Source of the DNA: Terriglobia bacterium
GTDB lineage: Bacteria > Acidobacteriota > Terriglobia > 20CM-2-55-15
Assembly (NCBI GenBank): GCA_963664115.2
Contig: CAXWPJ010000012.1
Span: 525,356-589,355 of the forward strand
DNA: 64,000 bases
Reading direction: 5' to 3'
Shown: positions 45,126 through 55,593 of the stretch, piece by piece
How the letters are laid out: every line of letters starts with the position of its first letter
How positions within the stretch are numbered: the stretch's first letter is position 1
The notes under the pieces: generated by a model
Databases searched by the model: none
What the model was told of the DNA's origin: nothing
What the model saw: the letters and a program-made list of their open reading frames with translations, nothing else
Position numbers and translations under genes: made by a program

Positions 45126-46253
45126 CTAACGAGCCGGATCACGGACTACGTTGCGCAGGTCCTCGTACGTTCCGACATCGCCATGAATGCCAACGATTGT
45201 TTGCACGTTCAAATTCAATGCCTCGATGCCTTCGAGGAGCTCGCGCGGCAACTCGCCCGGCCGTATGCTCCCCCCCTCGCGAGGGCTGACATGGTCCGCC
45301 TCGATCAGAATGCGTTCTCCTGGAAGATAAATGATCTGGTAATCGTCCGCGTGCGATGTCGCATATGGGTAAATTTCAATTTGTCGGCTCCCGTCGGTCA
45401 GGATCTTCGGTTCCGTGATCCCTTCGACGACGGCTGCATCCCGGCTCTGTTCCAAACGCTCCGCCCGGATGGTGTGCGGTGCTCTGGCGATGCGCTCATA
45501 GTGTGCTGCACTGATCGCCGGCGCGACAATCGTTGCCCCCGCTTCCGTGTATGTCCGTATGCCGCCTGAGTGATCGTTGTGGAAATGGGTTGGAATAACG
45601 TAGCGGATCGGCTTCGTTGGAAAGCGCTGTCTGATCGCCGCGAGAACGCTTTCTGAACGCTCTTCATAGAGCGGCGCCTCAACGACCACAAGATGGTCCT
45701 GAAACTCGATGAGCACGCTGTTGTGCGACGTTCCCCGGATATGAATGACGCCGTCGGCGAGCGGCACGAACTCCACCGGTATGTCCCTGCCAAAATCCAG
45801 GTAGCTGACATTCATCGCCAGACGGCGCAAGAGCCATTGCGAGGGGATCGGCTCTCCTTCGATGTCTTGACGCCGTAGGGCCTCAGGCACCAGGAACGTT
45901 TCGGGCGAGAGCTCAACATTGTGGCGCACGGACTGGAGGCGTTCGCTCTGAAGCAGTTTCCCGTTGATTTCATGTCGCAGGTCGAAAGGCACCATGATGC
46001 CATCCACAGACTGCCAGTCTGCGTAACGCAGGGTGTACCGGCTATCCCCGTAGATGGGGTCGTGTTCGAGGATGTCGACTTGTGTAAGGAGCTTAGTCCG
46101 GACATCCAGGTAGATTTGAAATTCCTCACCGTCGTTGTCAAAGCTCAGGACGCGCTGTGGCAGCCCCTCCACTTCGGTATCGGGGAGCCGCGTCAGGCTC
46201 GCCCGTCCCAGCGCCGTGAGCACGAGGGCATTGGCTGAACGCTGTTCTTCCCG
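45126..46253 (-). CDS. MBL-fold metallo-hydrolase, 5'-truncated by IS
   Basis: THFHNDHSGG and GIHG motifs. Confidence 0.85.
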   Translation of the reverse strand, partial: REEQRSANALVLTALGRASLTRLPDTEVEGLPQRVLSFDNDGEEFQIYLDVRTKLLTQVDILEHDPIYGDSRYTLRYADWQSVDGIMVPFDLRHEINGKLLQSERLQSVRHNVELSPETFLVPEALRRQDIEGEPIPSQWLLRRLAMNVSYLDFGRDIPVEFVPLADGVIHIRGTSHNSVLIEFQDHLVVVEAPLYEERSESVLAAIRQRFPTKPIRYVIPTHFHNDHSGGIRTYTEAGATIVAPAISAAHYERIARAPHTIRAERLEQSRDAAVVEGITEPKILTDGSRQIEIYPYATSHADDYQIIYLPGERILIEADHVSPREGGSIRPGELPRELLEGIEALNLNVQTIVGIHGDVGTYEDLRNVVRDPAR

Positions 46254-47743
46254 TGTAGCCCGTCAGAGCATTTCGCACAGAATCCGCTGAAAAACTAAGA
46301 GACACTTTTCTAATCAGAACGATCTGAAGGAGGATCGAATGAGTGAGAAAGTGTCGGCAGAGAATCGGGTACGGGAGATTCGTCGGAAGACGAGGAAGAA
46401 GTACTCGTCGGAAGAGAAAGTGCGGATTGTGTTGGAAGGACTGCGAGGTGAAGAGAGCATCGCAGCGCTGTGCCGACGCGAAGGGATTCCGTCAAATCTG
46501 TATTACCGGTGGAGCAAGGACTTCCTGGAGGCGGGGAAGAAACGGCTGGCTGGGGACACGAAGCGGGAAGCGACATCGAGCGAAGTCACTGAATTACGCC
46601 AGGAGAACGAACAGCTGAAGCAGGTGGTAGCTGAAATACTGCTAAAGAATCGTTTTCTGAAAAAAACGTTGAACGTAACGGACTCCGAGAGCATCGATAT
46701 ATGAGGCAATCGGGATCTGAGAAGCTGGAGACGATCCGAGTGGTGGAAGACTCGGAGTTGTCGGTGACAGCGACCCTCCGGGAGCTGGGCGTCCCCCGCA
46801 GCACGTTCTACGGTTGGTATCGACGATACAAAGAGCGTGGCGCAGCCGGCTTGTTAGATCGGCATTCCGGCCCCGGCTTCTGCTGGAACCGGATTCCGGG
46901 ACCGGTGCGGGAACAGGTGGTCGAAACCGCGTTGAACCACCCGGAAGCCTCACCGCGGGAACTGGCCTGGCAGATCACCGACACCCAGGACTACTTCATC
47001 TCCGAATCCAGCGTGTATCGGATTCTGAAGAGATGCGACCTGATCACCAGTCCCGCATACATCGTGATGACGGCCAGCGATCACTTCCAGCAGCCAACCC
47101 GGCGTGTGAACGAACTCTGGCAAACTGATTTCACTTACTTCAGGGTCGTCGGTTGGGGTTGGTACTACCTGTCGACCGTGCTGGACGATTACTCTCGCTA
47201 CATCATCGCCTGGAAGCTCTTTCAAACCATGGCCGCATCTGACGTTCAGGACACGCTGGACGTTGCACTACAGGCGACAGATGTCGGACAAGTACAAGTC
47301 CGGCACCGACCGCGATTGTTGAGCGACAACGGCCCCTGCTACGTATCGCACGAACTCAAAGACTATTTACAACGTCGTGGTATGGAACACACCCGGGGTG
47401 CGCCCTATCACCCGATGACACAGGGCAAGATCGAACGCTATCACCGTTCGATGAAGAACGTGGTCAAGTTGGAACACTACTATTATCCGTGGGAACTTGA
47501 GCAGGCGATCGCGCAATGGGTCGAACACTACAACCACCATCGGTATCACGAATCTCTGAACAACGTGACACCGGCTGACGTGTTCTTCGGGAGGGATCAG
47601 CAGATCCTTGCACGTCGTGACCAGATCAAAAGAAAAACGCTGGCTCGACGCAAAATCGAGAACCTTAGGATTGGAGTGGTATAACTTCAAAACCGTCTCT
47701 TAGCTAAATGGTCTTTTTGTCCGAATTATTCTGACGACGTACA
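46254..47743 (+). mobile_element. IS3-like element, full copy with variant orfA allele
   Basis: 1490 bp, near-identical to 29810-31299. Confidence 0.95.
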
Positions 47744-48835
47744 GTGCACCCCTACGGAGTTGCCATAGATGCTGCTGGAAATATCATAGTAGGCGATGTA
47801 GGCAATGCAGGCACAGGTAGCATCATAAGTGTGAATCCGGCTACCGGCGTCCAGAATCTCATTTCCTTTAATGGGTGGATTGATGCTCCAGTGGCTGTAG
47901 CGATAGATGCCTCCGGCGACATCATCGTGGGAGATGTCGCAACCCACGCCATCATCAGGGTAAACCCGTTGACCGGCGCCCAGGAGCTCATCACCGGGGG
48001 TATCGCTAATCCTTCGGGTATAGCCATTGACACCTCCGGTCACATCATTGCGACTAACAACACCGAAATAATCAGTGTGAATCCAGTCACGGGCGCCCAA
48101 ACGGTCCTCCCTATTCCCGCGGCTGGGTCATTATTCGTCAATCTCGAAGGTGTAGCCATAGATGGCGCTGGTAATCTTATCGTTGGCAACGGGGGCGTTT
48201 CGGGCACCCTGCCTCGCATCATCAGTGTGAATCCAGTCACGGGCGCCCAAACGGTGATTTCTTCGAATCCATGCTGTGCAACACAGGGTAACCACTTCTG
48301 GAATCCCTTTGGTGTCGCGATTGACGCCGCCGGAGATATCATCGTTTCCGATTGGAGCTCTAATAAAATCGTAAAGGTGGATCCTGTTAGCGGTGTCCAA
48401 ACGCTGATTTCTTCTGGTGGTGTATTTAATGATCCCTTGGGCATAGCCATCGTCCCCCCTCTCGTGGAGACCGTCGTGACCATCGACATCAAGCCGGGAA
48501 CTGATCAAAATTCCATCAATCTCAAGAGCAAAGGTGTGATCGCCGTCGCCATACTTTCGGAAGGTGATTTCGATGCGGTTGCAGAGATAACCCCTGAAAA
48601 TGTTTCAGGAATCCTCTTTGGTCCGAGTGAAGCTTCCCCAGCGCACGACCCTGCGGGCCATGTGGGAGATGTTGACGGTGACGGCGATGTGGACGTTGTA
48701 CTGCATTACCGAACCCAGGAAACCGGAATCAGCGACGGAGACGACGAAGCGTGTATTTCCGTCAGTGGCGAGATATTGGCCTGCGATTCGATCCTCATCA
48801 CACCCGGCAGTAGCAAGGGTGGGGGCAGAAGGTAG
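47744..48835 (+). CDS. NHL-like beta-propeller protein with C-terminal IDIKPG domain, 5'-truncated by IS
   Basis: P.GVAIDAAG.IIV / VNPVTGAQT repeats. The ORF begins exactly at the IS end. Confidence 0.75.
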   Translation: MHPYGVAIDAAGNIIVGDVGNAGTGSIISVNPATGVQNLISFNGWIDAPVAVAIDASGDIIVGDVATHAIIRVNPLTGAQELITGGIANPSGIAIDTSGHIIATNNTEIISVNPVTGAQTVLPIPAAGSLFVNLEGVAIDGAGNLIVGNGGVSGTLPRIISVNPVTGAQTVISSNPCCATQGNHFWNPFGVAIDAAGDIIVSDWSSNKIVKVDPVSGVQTLISSGGVFNDPLGIAIVPPLVETVVTIDIKPGTDQNSINLKSKGVIAVAILSEGDFDAVAEITPENVSGILFGPSEASPAHDPAGHVGDVDGDGDVDVVLHYRTQETGISDGDDEACISVSGEILACDSILITPGSSKGGGRR

Positions 48836-48859
48836 TACTCAACTAATTCTGATCGAAGA

Positions 48860-48888
48860 GGCTCGTCCATGTGGCGGGCCTTTTTTCT
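48860..48888 (+). terminator. Probable intrinsic terminator
   Basis: GGCTCGTC-CATGT-GGCGGGCC-TTTTTT. Confidence 0.55.
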
Positions 48889-48949
48889 TGTGTCTCCTGG
48901 CCCCTAAAGACCGCAACTCGACTCGTCCACCATCACCAACCACGAAAAA

Positions 48950-48985
48950 GATCTCGTAACGGCCTAATTTGGTGCCGGGTTCCAT
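48950..48985 (-). pseudogene. 5' remnant of a Ser/Thr kinase gene
   Basis: MEPGTKLGRYEI with the shared leader CATGTTTAAAGTGTG (+ strand). Confidence 0.6.
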
Positions 48986-49196
48986 GTTTAAAGTGTGACG
49001 CTAAGTGGAACAGCGAAATTCTGGTAAGTCTATCTACATGGGAGGGATATTGGCAAGGAAAGGGTCAACTCCCGAAACTTGGCAAATTCTCAACGTCCGG
49101 GAAGATGATTTCTCAGGACTTGAGAATCATTTTCATGGTCATTTAGGGCACCGGCACAACACAAGTTTTCTCTCAGGCGCGCAATTGTACGTGGAC

Positions 49197-49532
49197 TCAC
49201 GAGACAATCGGTCGGGGATCGAAGAATGCCCTAACTTCGACGATGCTACCATTCGAGACCCGAAAGTAGTCACACACCTCGATCACTTCGCCGGCGGCAA
49301 CAAACTGGAAGAGGACGCACGCGTGCTCCCCCTGCACAATCTGTTGCTTGACTCGAATGTCGGTCATTTGATGGGCTACCTGAGTAAGAGTTTCGACCAC
49401 AACTGCTCTCCCTACCAACTGCTCTAACACCGGTCCGTCGAACGGGATGCGTGAAGTTGTTGGTACATGCGTGAAGTTGTTGGCCTGAAGACCCTCAATA
49501 TATCGAACGGCGCATTCTGCTGTGTTTGACAC
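49197..49532 (-). CDS. SnoaL/NTF2-like protein
   Basis: VCDYFRVSNGSIVEVRAFFDPRP C-terminus. Single-gene unit between repeats 49087 and 49590. Confidence 0.75.
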   Translation of the reverse strand: MSNTAECAVRYIEGLQANNFTHVPTTSRIPFDGPVLEQLVGRAVVVETLTQVAHQMTDIRVKQQIVQGEHACVLFQFVAAGEVIEVCDYFRVSNGSIVEVRAFFDPRPIVS

Positions 49533-49736
49533 TCGGTGGCATCCTCCGAAGTAAAAGCGTCAAGAGCTTGGTACAACCCAACCGTGCAATTCTCAACGTC
49601 CGGGAAGATGATTTGTCAGGACTTGAGAATGGATTGCAGCGGTAGACAGAGACGGACGGCCCACTTTACGGTGCTTCTTCAAGTTCCTACATCCGTTTCT
49701 GGCAATAGATGTTGGCGTCGCGTCCGGACGCGGGGT

Positions 49737-50576
49737 TCAGGACCGCTTCGTCCGAACCAATGCTGGCGCACGCTCGGCGACGGCAGAAATAAGGGAACCC
49801 ATCTTCGGATGATCTGGCTCGAGGTCGACCTGAAGGCCGTGTCGTTTAATGGCAATGCTACAGATCGGGCCGATCGACGCGACCAGGACGTCTTGAAAGG
49901 CCAATCTCAGGGAGTCGGCCACTTCTGGTCCGGCAACCTGGAAGAGGTGATCCACCTGAATCGCGCTCATGAACAGCGCGATGTCGATCTTGCCCTCGAG
50001 AATCTGCTGGATCGCCTCGTGCAGAGGCCTCAGATTCTCGGGAAGAGCCCAGCGGTAAACCGGTACGGTCAACACTTCTGCGCCGCGCTCTCGCAGGCCC
50101 GCTAGCAGCTCCGGATTCCGTTGGCCATATTCCTGCACTGCGACTCGCTTGCTGGGCAGCTCAACCCGTTCGTCCAAAGTCGCCAGCAGTTCCCGCCAAG
50201 TGTTCGGCTCAGGAACAGATATCGTGGGTTTCAAGCCGAGCTCGCGGAGCGCGGCCACTGGCTTCGGTCCTCGTGTCACGGTAGTTGCAGAGGCAAGGGC
50301 AGCAATGAATTCCTCTCGATCCATCTGCTCGAAAACCGCTTGCGCGAGAAATCGGGTCCCGACTCCTGTCAGAAGAACCACTATATCGATCTCGCCGCGA
50401 CACAACGCGCGCGCAAACTCGACCGCCGGCTCGTTTTTAGATAGTGGCACTTCCTGTAGAGCGGGCGCGCTCATCGGCTCTCCTCCCTGTCGGCGTATCA
50501 GCTCCGAGACCTCATTCGCGCGCCGACTTTCGAACGTGACTAGACACAGCCCGCTCAGTCTTCCAGAATCGCTCAT
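49737..50576 (-). CDS. hemD: Uroporphyrinogen-III synthase
   Basis: ESRRA.E, LTGVG, RGPKP, VYRWALP and ASIGP motifs. Single-gene unit. Confidence 0.85.
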   Translation of the reverse strand: MSDSGRLSGLCLVTFESRRANEVSELIRRQGGEPMSAPALQEVPLSKNEPAVEFARALCRGEIDIVVLLTGVGTRFLAQAVFEQMDREEFIAALASATTVTRGPKPVAALRELGLKPTISVPEPNTWRELLATLDERVELPSKRVAVQEYGQRNPELLAGLRERGAEVLTVPVYRWALPENLRPLHEAIQQILEGKIDIALFMSAIQVDHLFQVAGPEVADSLRLAFQDVLVASIGPICSIAIKRHGLQVDLEPDHPKMGSLISAVAERAPALVRTKRS

Positions 50577-50911
50577 CGTGAAAACGTCCTACAGCAGACA
50601 GGTCCGGACAGAGTGTCAAGTACTTCAGCACTGTCTGCCAGAATGAGTCCGAATCGCTTTTTATCTCCCAGCCATTGAACCTTTTAACCAGCGAAGACTC
50701 CTTCCAACTACAGTAAATCAGAAGGCCATGGCAGTCCACTTGGACGTATATTTGGCTTATCGGAAAGTGGTGGGTTCAATTCTCAATGTCCGCGAAGATG
50801 ATTTATCAGGACTTGAACTCAGAAATCAGGGCACGGGCACCCGCTCCTTCAGTTCTTCAAACCAGTTGAAGTGTATAACGGCTCGCTCTTCCCGTCTTAG
50901 CTTCACGTATC

Positions 50912-52417
50912 TTATAGCTGCGCGCACACCGCCTTCACCTCGGTGTAGAGCTCAAGAGCGTCATGCCCCATTTCACGACCCCACCCTGATTGCTTATATC
51001 CTCCGAAGGGGAGCGCCGCATCGAAAATATTGTGGCAATTGATCCAGACCGTTCCAGCTCTAAGTTGAGCCGCAATACGATGGGCCTTGTTGATATCTTT
51101 CGTCCAGATTGCAGCGGCTAATCCAAAAATGCTGTCATTGGCCTTGGTGATGACATCTTCAAGATCTGTAAAGGGTTCGGCGCACACAACGGGTCCAAAG
51201 ATTTCTTCCTGAATGACCTTCATGTTTTGATTGGTATTGACCAATACGGTGGGTTCGACGAAGTATCCTTTGTCACCCAACCGGTTTCCCCCGACCACAG
51301 CTTTGGCACCTTCGGTCATCCCCGACTCCAAGTACGCTAATACACGTCGCTGCTGTTCATCAGATACCAGCGGGCCCATCTGTGTGCTGGTATCCATTCC
51401 TGGACCAACCTTAATCTGTTTCGCTTGATCAGCGACCCCCGCCACAACCGTGTCGAAAATTGCTTTTTCAACATACAGGCGTGACCCAGCACAGCAACAC
51501 TGTCCATGATTGAAGAAGATCGCACTGGCCACGCCTGGAATGCTCAAATCTAAATCTGCATCGGGCAATACCAGGCTTGGAGATTTTCCACCCAGTTCGA
51601 GTGATACTTTCTTCAAGTTTCCGCCAGCCGCATTCAGGATCAGTTTGCCAACTTCAGTGGAACCGGTGAAGGCCACTTTGTCGACATCCGGATGTTCGGC
51701 TAAGGCAGCCCCGGCAGTTTCCCCGAACCCTGTGACAACGTTCACGACGCCCGGTGGGAATCCCGCTTCACAGAAAAGTTCACCGAGCAGAAGCGCAGAC
51801 AACGGCGTCTGTTCAGCTGGCTTCAACACAACCGCACACCCTGCAGCTAGAGCCGGCCCTAACTTCCAAGCAGCCATCAACAGCGGAAAATTCCACGGAA
51901 TAATTTGTCCGACCACGCCAACAGGCTCACGCAGGGTATAGGCATGAAATTGTGCTCCCGGTGCGTAGGGAACAGAAATGGGAATGGTGTTACCTTCGAT
52001 CTTCGTAGCCCAGCCGGCCATGTAACGGAATAAATCAGCCGCTAGAGGCACATCGGCAGCGCGGGCCACACCGACTGGTTTTCCGTTATCCAACGACTCC
52101 AGCTGAGCGAGTTCCTCTGTTTTAGCCTCTATCAGATCAGCCAGTTTCCAGATGAGTTTCCCACGTTCAGAGGGAGTCATTGTCCGCCAAGGGCCTGTTT
52201 CGAATGCAGCTCGTGCAGCCTTCACCGCCAGATTTATATCTTCCTTTTGTCCATCTGGGATTTGGGACATGACCTCCCCGGTGGCCGGATTAAAAGTAGA
52301 AAATGTTGTCCCAGAAATGGCATCAACCCACTTGCCATCTATTAGCATCTTACGAGTAGAAGAAAGAAATTGTTGGACGTATGGAGTCACGGCTGTTTCA
52401 GTGGTCGCAACGCTCAT
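50912..52417 (-). CDS. Aldehyde dehydrogenase
   Basis: IIPWNFP, FTGSTEVG, LELGGKS, GQCCCAG and EEIFGPV motifs. Confidence 0.95.
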   Translation of the reverse strand: MSVATTETAVTPYVQQFLSSTRKMLIDGKWVDAISGTTFSTFNPATGEVMSQIPDGQKEDINLAVKAARAAFETGPWRTMTPSERGKLIWKLADLIEAKTEELAQLESLDNGKPVGVARAADVPLAADLFRYMAGWATKIEGNTIPISVPYAPGAQFHAYTLREPVGVVGQIIPWNFPLLMAAWKLGPALAAGCAVVLKPAEQTPLSALLLGELFCEAGFPPGVVNVVTGFGETAGAALAEHPDVDKVAFTGSTEVGKLILNAAGGNLKKVSLELGGKSPSLVLPDADLDLSIPGVASAIFFNHGQCCCAGSRLYVEKAIFDTVVAGVADQAKQIKVGPGMDTSTQMGPLVSDEQQRRVLAYLESGMTEGAKAVVGGNRLGDKGYFVEPTVLVNTNQNMKVIQEEIFGPVVCAEPFTDLEDVITKANDSIFGLAAAIWTKDINKAHRIAAQLRAGTVWINCHNIFDAALPFGGYKQSGWGREMGHDALELYTEVKAVCAQL

Positions 52418-52675
52418 GGCAAACCTCCAGATTCATCATTCAGCACTGAAGTGTACACACCTTTAACTATGGCAAAGAATTATGACGTGCTTGCTCGTGT
52501 GACTTCAACTCAACTTCATCATATGGGCAGGCGATTGGATCTGGGTAGTTCCGGGATGTCGGTCAGCTCTTCGCCCTGGCTCGTCGGAACTTGAGAATTG
52601 ATTGGCAGGCTGGTTCCGCCAGAGAAGCCGCTTTACTACGGCACCGGCACCCGTTCCTTCAGTTCTTCAAACCAG

Positions 52676-52797
52676 ACGTCCATGAGTGGGCGCTCACGCA
52701 AACAATGAAAAACCGGCATTTTCGTGGTCCCGATACTACGGAAGAAGGCCCGAACTGCCTGGACTGATTCTAAGGGACTTACGCTAAGTTTTCGTAA
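52676..52797. mobile_element. Short non-coding insert, copy 2 (diverged)
   Basis: Same ends and same CAG site in a kinase tail as 37047-37162. Confidence 0.6.
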
Positions 52798-52856
52798 CAG
52801 TTGAGGACCAAGATGACGTCGAGACTAGATCACTCATACCGTCTCGAGGCCGCTTT

Positions 52857-54548
52857 TTAATCGTTACGATAAACGACGCGGCCGCCGACTACAGTCATCA
52901 CCACATCGATGTCTTTGATCCGGTTCTCCGGGACTGTCAGGATATCCTCGGACAGGACTACGAAATCGGCCAGTTTGCCCGCCTCAAGCGAACCCTTGAT
53001 GTCTTCTTCGAAGGTCAATTCGGCGTTCCCGATGGAACTGAGCCGCAGAGCTTCCTCCGGTTGTAGTTTCTGCTCTGGACCCACCACACCCGCGCTGATG
53101 GTATCTCGCGTAATGAAGTGATAGAGCACTGTGATCGGGGAATAAGGGATCACGGGGGCGTCCGTACCCAGCGAGACGGACAAGCCCGCATCTAGATAGG
53201 AGCGGACCGGCGTCAGACTGTCAGCCCGAGTCGCTCCCCAGTATTTTCGAACGCTTGGCGCAGCGACATAGAGGTGGTTTTGCGCGGAAATGTGGAGTCC
53301 TAGTTGCTTCATCCGCGGCAGTTGATCCGGTTGCGGAACGAATCCATGTTCGATAGTCCACCGCTTGCCGGCGAGCGGTGAGTCCGCATCCGCCACTTCA
53401 TAACCCTCCAACACTAGGTCGATCGCCGCGTCGCCCACCGCATGTGTAGCGACACGCCAACCCCGTTGGTTCAGAGCGCGGACCAGCGCGACATAAGACT
53501 CGGTCGGAAACGTCTGAAGGCCTCTGAAATCTCCACCCTGTGCGAACGGCTCGGCGTAGGGTTCTCGCATCCACCCGGCTTCAAAGCCGCCATCGACTCC
53601 CAGCTTGACACCCCCGACACGTACCCATTCATCTCCTTGTTCAGGACCAATACCCCATTCCCGAAGGGTTTGGTCAAGATTGGACAGGTCGGTCGACGGC
53701 CTCAGCCGAAAGAGAACACTCGTCCGGATGTTCAGCAACCCGCGCTCTTTCATGTCGACCAGCACTGAGTAAAGATCTGGGGATGCGCCTCCATAGCGAA
53801 TGCTGGTCAGACCTGCAGCGTTGAGTTTTCGGTGTTCCTCGACCGTTGCCAGGATGCGTGCTTCATAGTCCGGCTGCTGAGGAGCTGTCAGCTGAACCAG
53901 ATCCTTCGCACGGTCGATGAGCTCACCGTTCAGCCGACCATCGGAATACCGTCCGAAGGCTCCGCCTTCGGGCTCAATACTCGCCTGGTCGATCCCCCAT
54001 CGCGCCAGAGCCACGCTATTCAAGACATACTCGTGTCCACCGCGAACGACCACCACGGGGTGATCGCTCACGGCGCGGTCCAGATCGTCGCGATATGGTA
54101 GTCGTTGCTCGGTGAGCTGACCTTCGTGCCAGTCGCTGTTGGTAACGATCACCTCTCCGTCTTCAGTCTGATCCGCTCGCCTGGCGATGGCGTCGAGCAC
54201 CTCCTGAATCGTGCGCGTTTGCGACAGGTCCACGCCAGGCCCGCCGCCCGCGCTGTGGAAGTGGTTGTCAGCCAGCCCTGGGACGGCCGTGCGGCCGGTC
54301 AGATCTATTCGTTCGGTTTGATCGTCGACGAGCGCGAGGATCTCCTCGTTCGTTCCTGTGCTGAGGACCCGGCCTTCACGTACCGCAAAGGCCTCGACGA
54401 CAGACGAGTCGGAATCGAGCGTAACGATGTGCCCGTTGTATACGATGAGGTCAGGGTCTGGCTCAGGTGGTGCAGGAGTGCTACAAGACACCAGAAACGG
54501 AGCGCAGGCCAGAGCGACTCCGGCAATTCGGTTCAGGTGTTTGTTCAC
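52857..54548 (-). CDS. YtcJ-like amidohydrolase, probable lipoprotein
   Basis: PGLADNHFH, HAVGD, IEH, GTDAP and GSLEAGKLAD motifs, plus LVSC lipobox. Confidence 0.9.
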   Translation of the reverse strand: MNKHLNRIAGVALACAPFLVSCSTPAPPEPDPDLIVYNGHIVTLDSDSSVVEAFAVREGRVLSTGTNEEILALVDDQTERIDLTGRTAVPGLADNHFHSAGGGPGVDLSQTRTIQEVLDAIARRADQTEDGEVIVTNSDWHEGQLTEQRLPYRDDLDRAVSDHPVVVVRGGHEYVLNSVALARWGIDQASIEPEGGAFGRYSDGRLNGELIDRAKDLVQLTAPQQPDYEARILATVEEHRKLNAAGLTSIRYGGASPDLYSVLVDMKERGLLNIRTSVLFRLRPSTDLSNLDQTLREWGIGPEQGDEWVRVGGVKLGVDGGFEAGWMREPYAEPFAQGGDFRGLQTFPTESYVALVRALNQRGWRVATHAVGDAAIDLVLEGYEVADADSPLAGKRWTIEHGFVPQPDQLPRMKQLGLHISAQNHLYVAAPSVRKYWGATRADSLTPVRSYLDAGLSVSLGTDAPVIPYSPITVLYHFITRDTISAGVVGPEQKLQPEEALRLSSIGNAELTFEEDIKGSLEAGKLADFVVLSEDILTVPENRIKDIDVVMTVVGGRVVYRND

Positions 54549-54635
54549 GGGGCCACCTCGTTTGCGACTCGATTCCGTAGTCGTTGTTGGATCTCTGCGG
54601 AAAGCTCGCCAAAAGGTACTAAACGACGGCATTAG

Positions 54636-54810
54636 TGTACCCCGTGAGAGTGTTTCGCACAGAATTGCTCGAAAAACTAACGGACACTTTTCGGATCGGA
54701 ACGACCTTGATGAATATCAGTAGACAGAAAAAGTGGCTGGAGTAGTCGAGTAGGGAGAGGTGTCCGTCACGAAGACAGCGCTTCTGTCCGAATTATTCTG
54801 ACGAGGTATA
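54636..54810 (+). mobile_element. 175-bp internally deleted derivative of the IS3-like element
   Basis: TGTACCCCGTGAGAG...TCCGAATTATTCTGACGAGGTATA. Both ends are retained and degenerate. Confidence 0.7.
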
Positions 54811-55191
54811 GATGTCCCCTCCTCTCTTCTCAAGAAGATCTCGGAGAATCGATCGATGACACTGCATTTCGTTTTCGCAATAACATCCGATAGAAAAGTT
54901 GGTCTGATGAGAAAGCGCGGCAAGTATATCCAGATCCCGAGCGGGTCCAGCTTGTTTCATTTCCCCGAGGAAACGTCGCTTGAATGTTTGCCACCGTTTT
55001 TCGTTGCTGATGGGAAAGAATTCCTTTAACAGTGATTCGCTTGGAGAAAGGTTTGGGAACCAAACATCATAGATGTTCTTTGACGCGTATTCTGCCTTGC
55101 GCATGCCCCTGGGTGGTCGTCGCACTGTTCCGATTCGTAGTCCCTCTTCAGTTTCTCGGTCACTACCGAGTCGTTTGATTCTGATGGCCAT
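54793..55191 (-). CDS. DUF488 family protein
   Basis: GLRIGTVRRPPRG, DVWFPNLSPS and CYCENEMQCHRS motifs. Confidence 0.85.
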   Translation of the reverse strand: MAIRIKRLGSDRETEEGLRIGTVRRPPRGMRKAEYASKNIYDVWFPNLSPSESLLKEFFPISNEKRWQTFKRRFLGEMKQAGPARDLDILAALSHQTNFSIGCYCENEMQCHRSILRDLLEKRGGDIYTSSE

Positions 55192-55593
55192 CTCAGGGAA
55201 CTCTCGCGGCTGTGGTGGCTCGTTAGGCGGCCTGGCGTTCAGGACCTAGCGGGTTGCTCAACAGTTTCGCCAATCGCCGCTCTTTGTCAATGCGGTCCTT
55301 AACCCCGACGTCGCCGTATTGAACTACCCCGCAGCACAGCCCATGCCGGTCTTGGCGAGGAGGCTCAGTCTTCGTAGTGGCTAAGTTTGGAACCGGCTGC
55401 ATTGGATGAATGAGACTACAGGTCGGATGTCAGGTCAATGAAACAGTCACATTGACGGTTTGGGGACCATACAGGAGTTAGGAGCAATGGGCCCTCAATT
55501 TCCGAGTGCCGCCAGCGAGGCGCCTCGACGCCCCAGATGTGGAACTTATTTCGGTCAGCATCCTGAAGGTCCCGGTGCGCAGGAAGCCATCGG

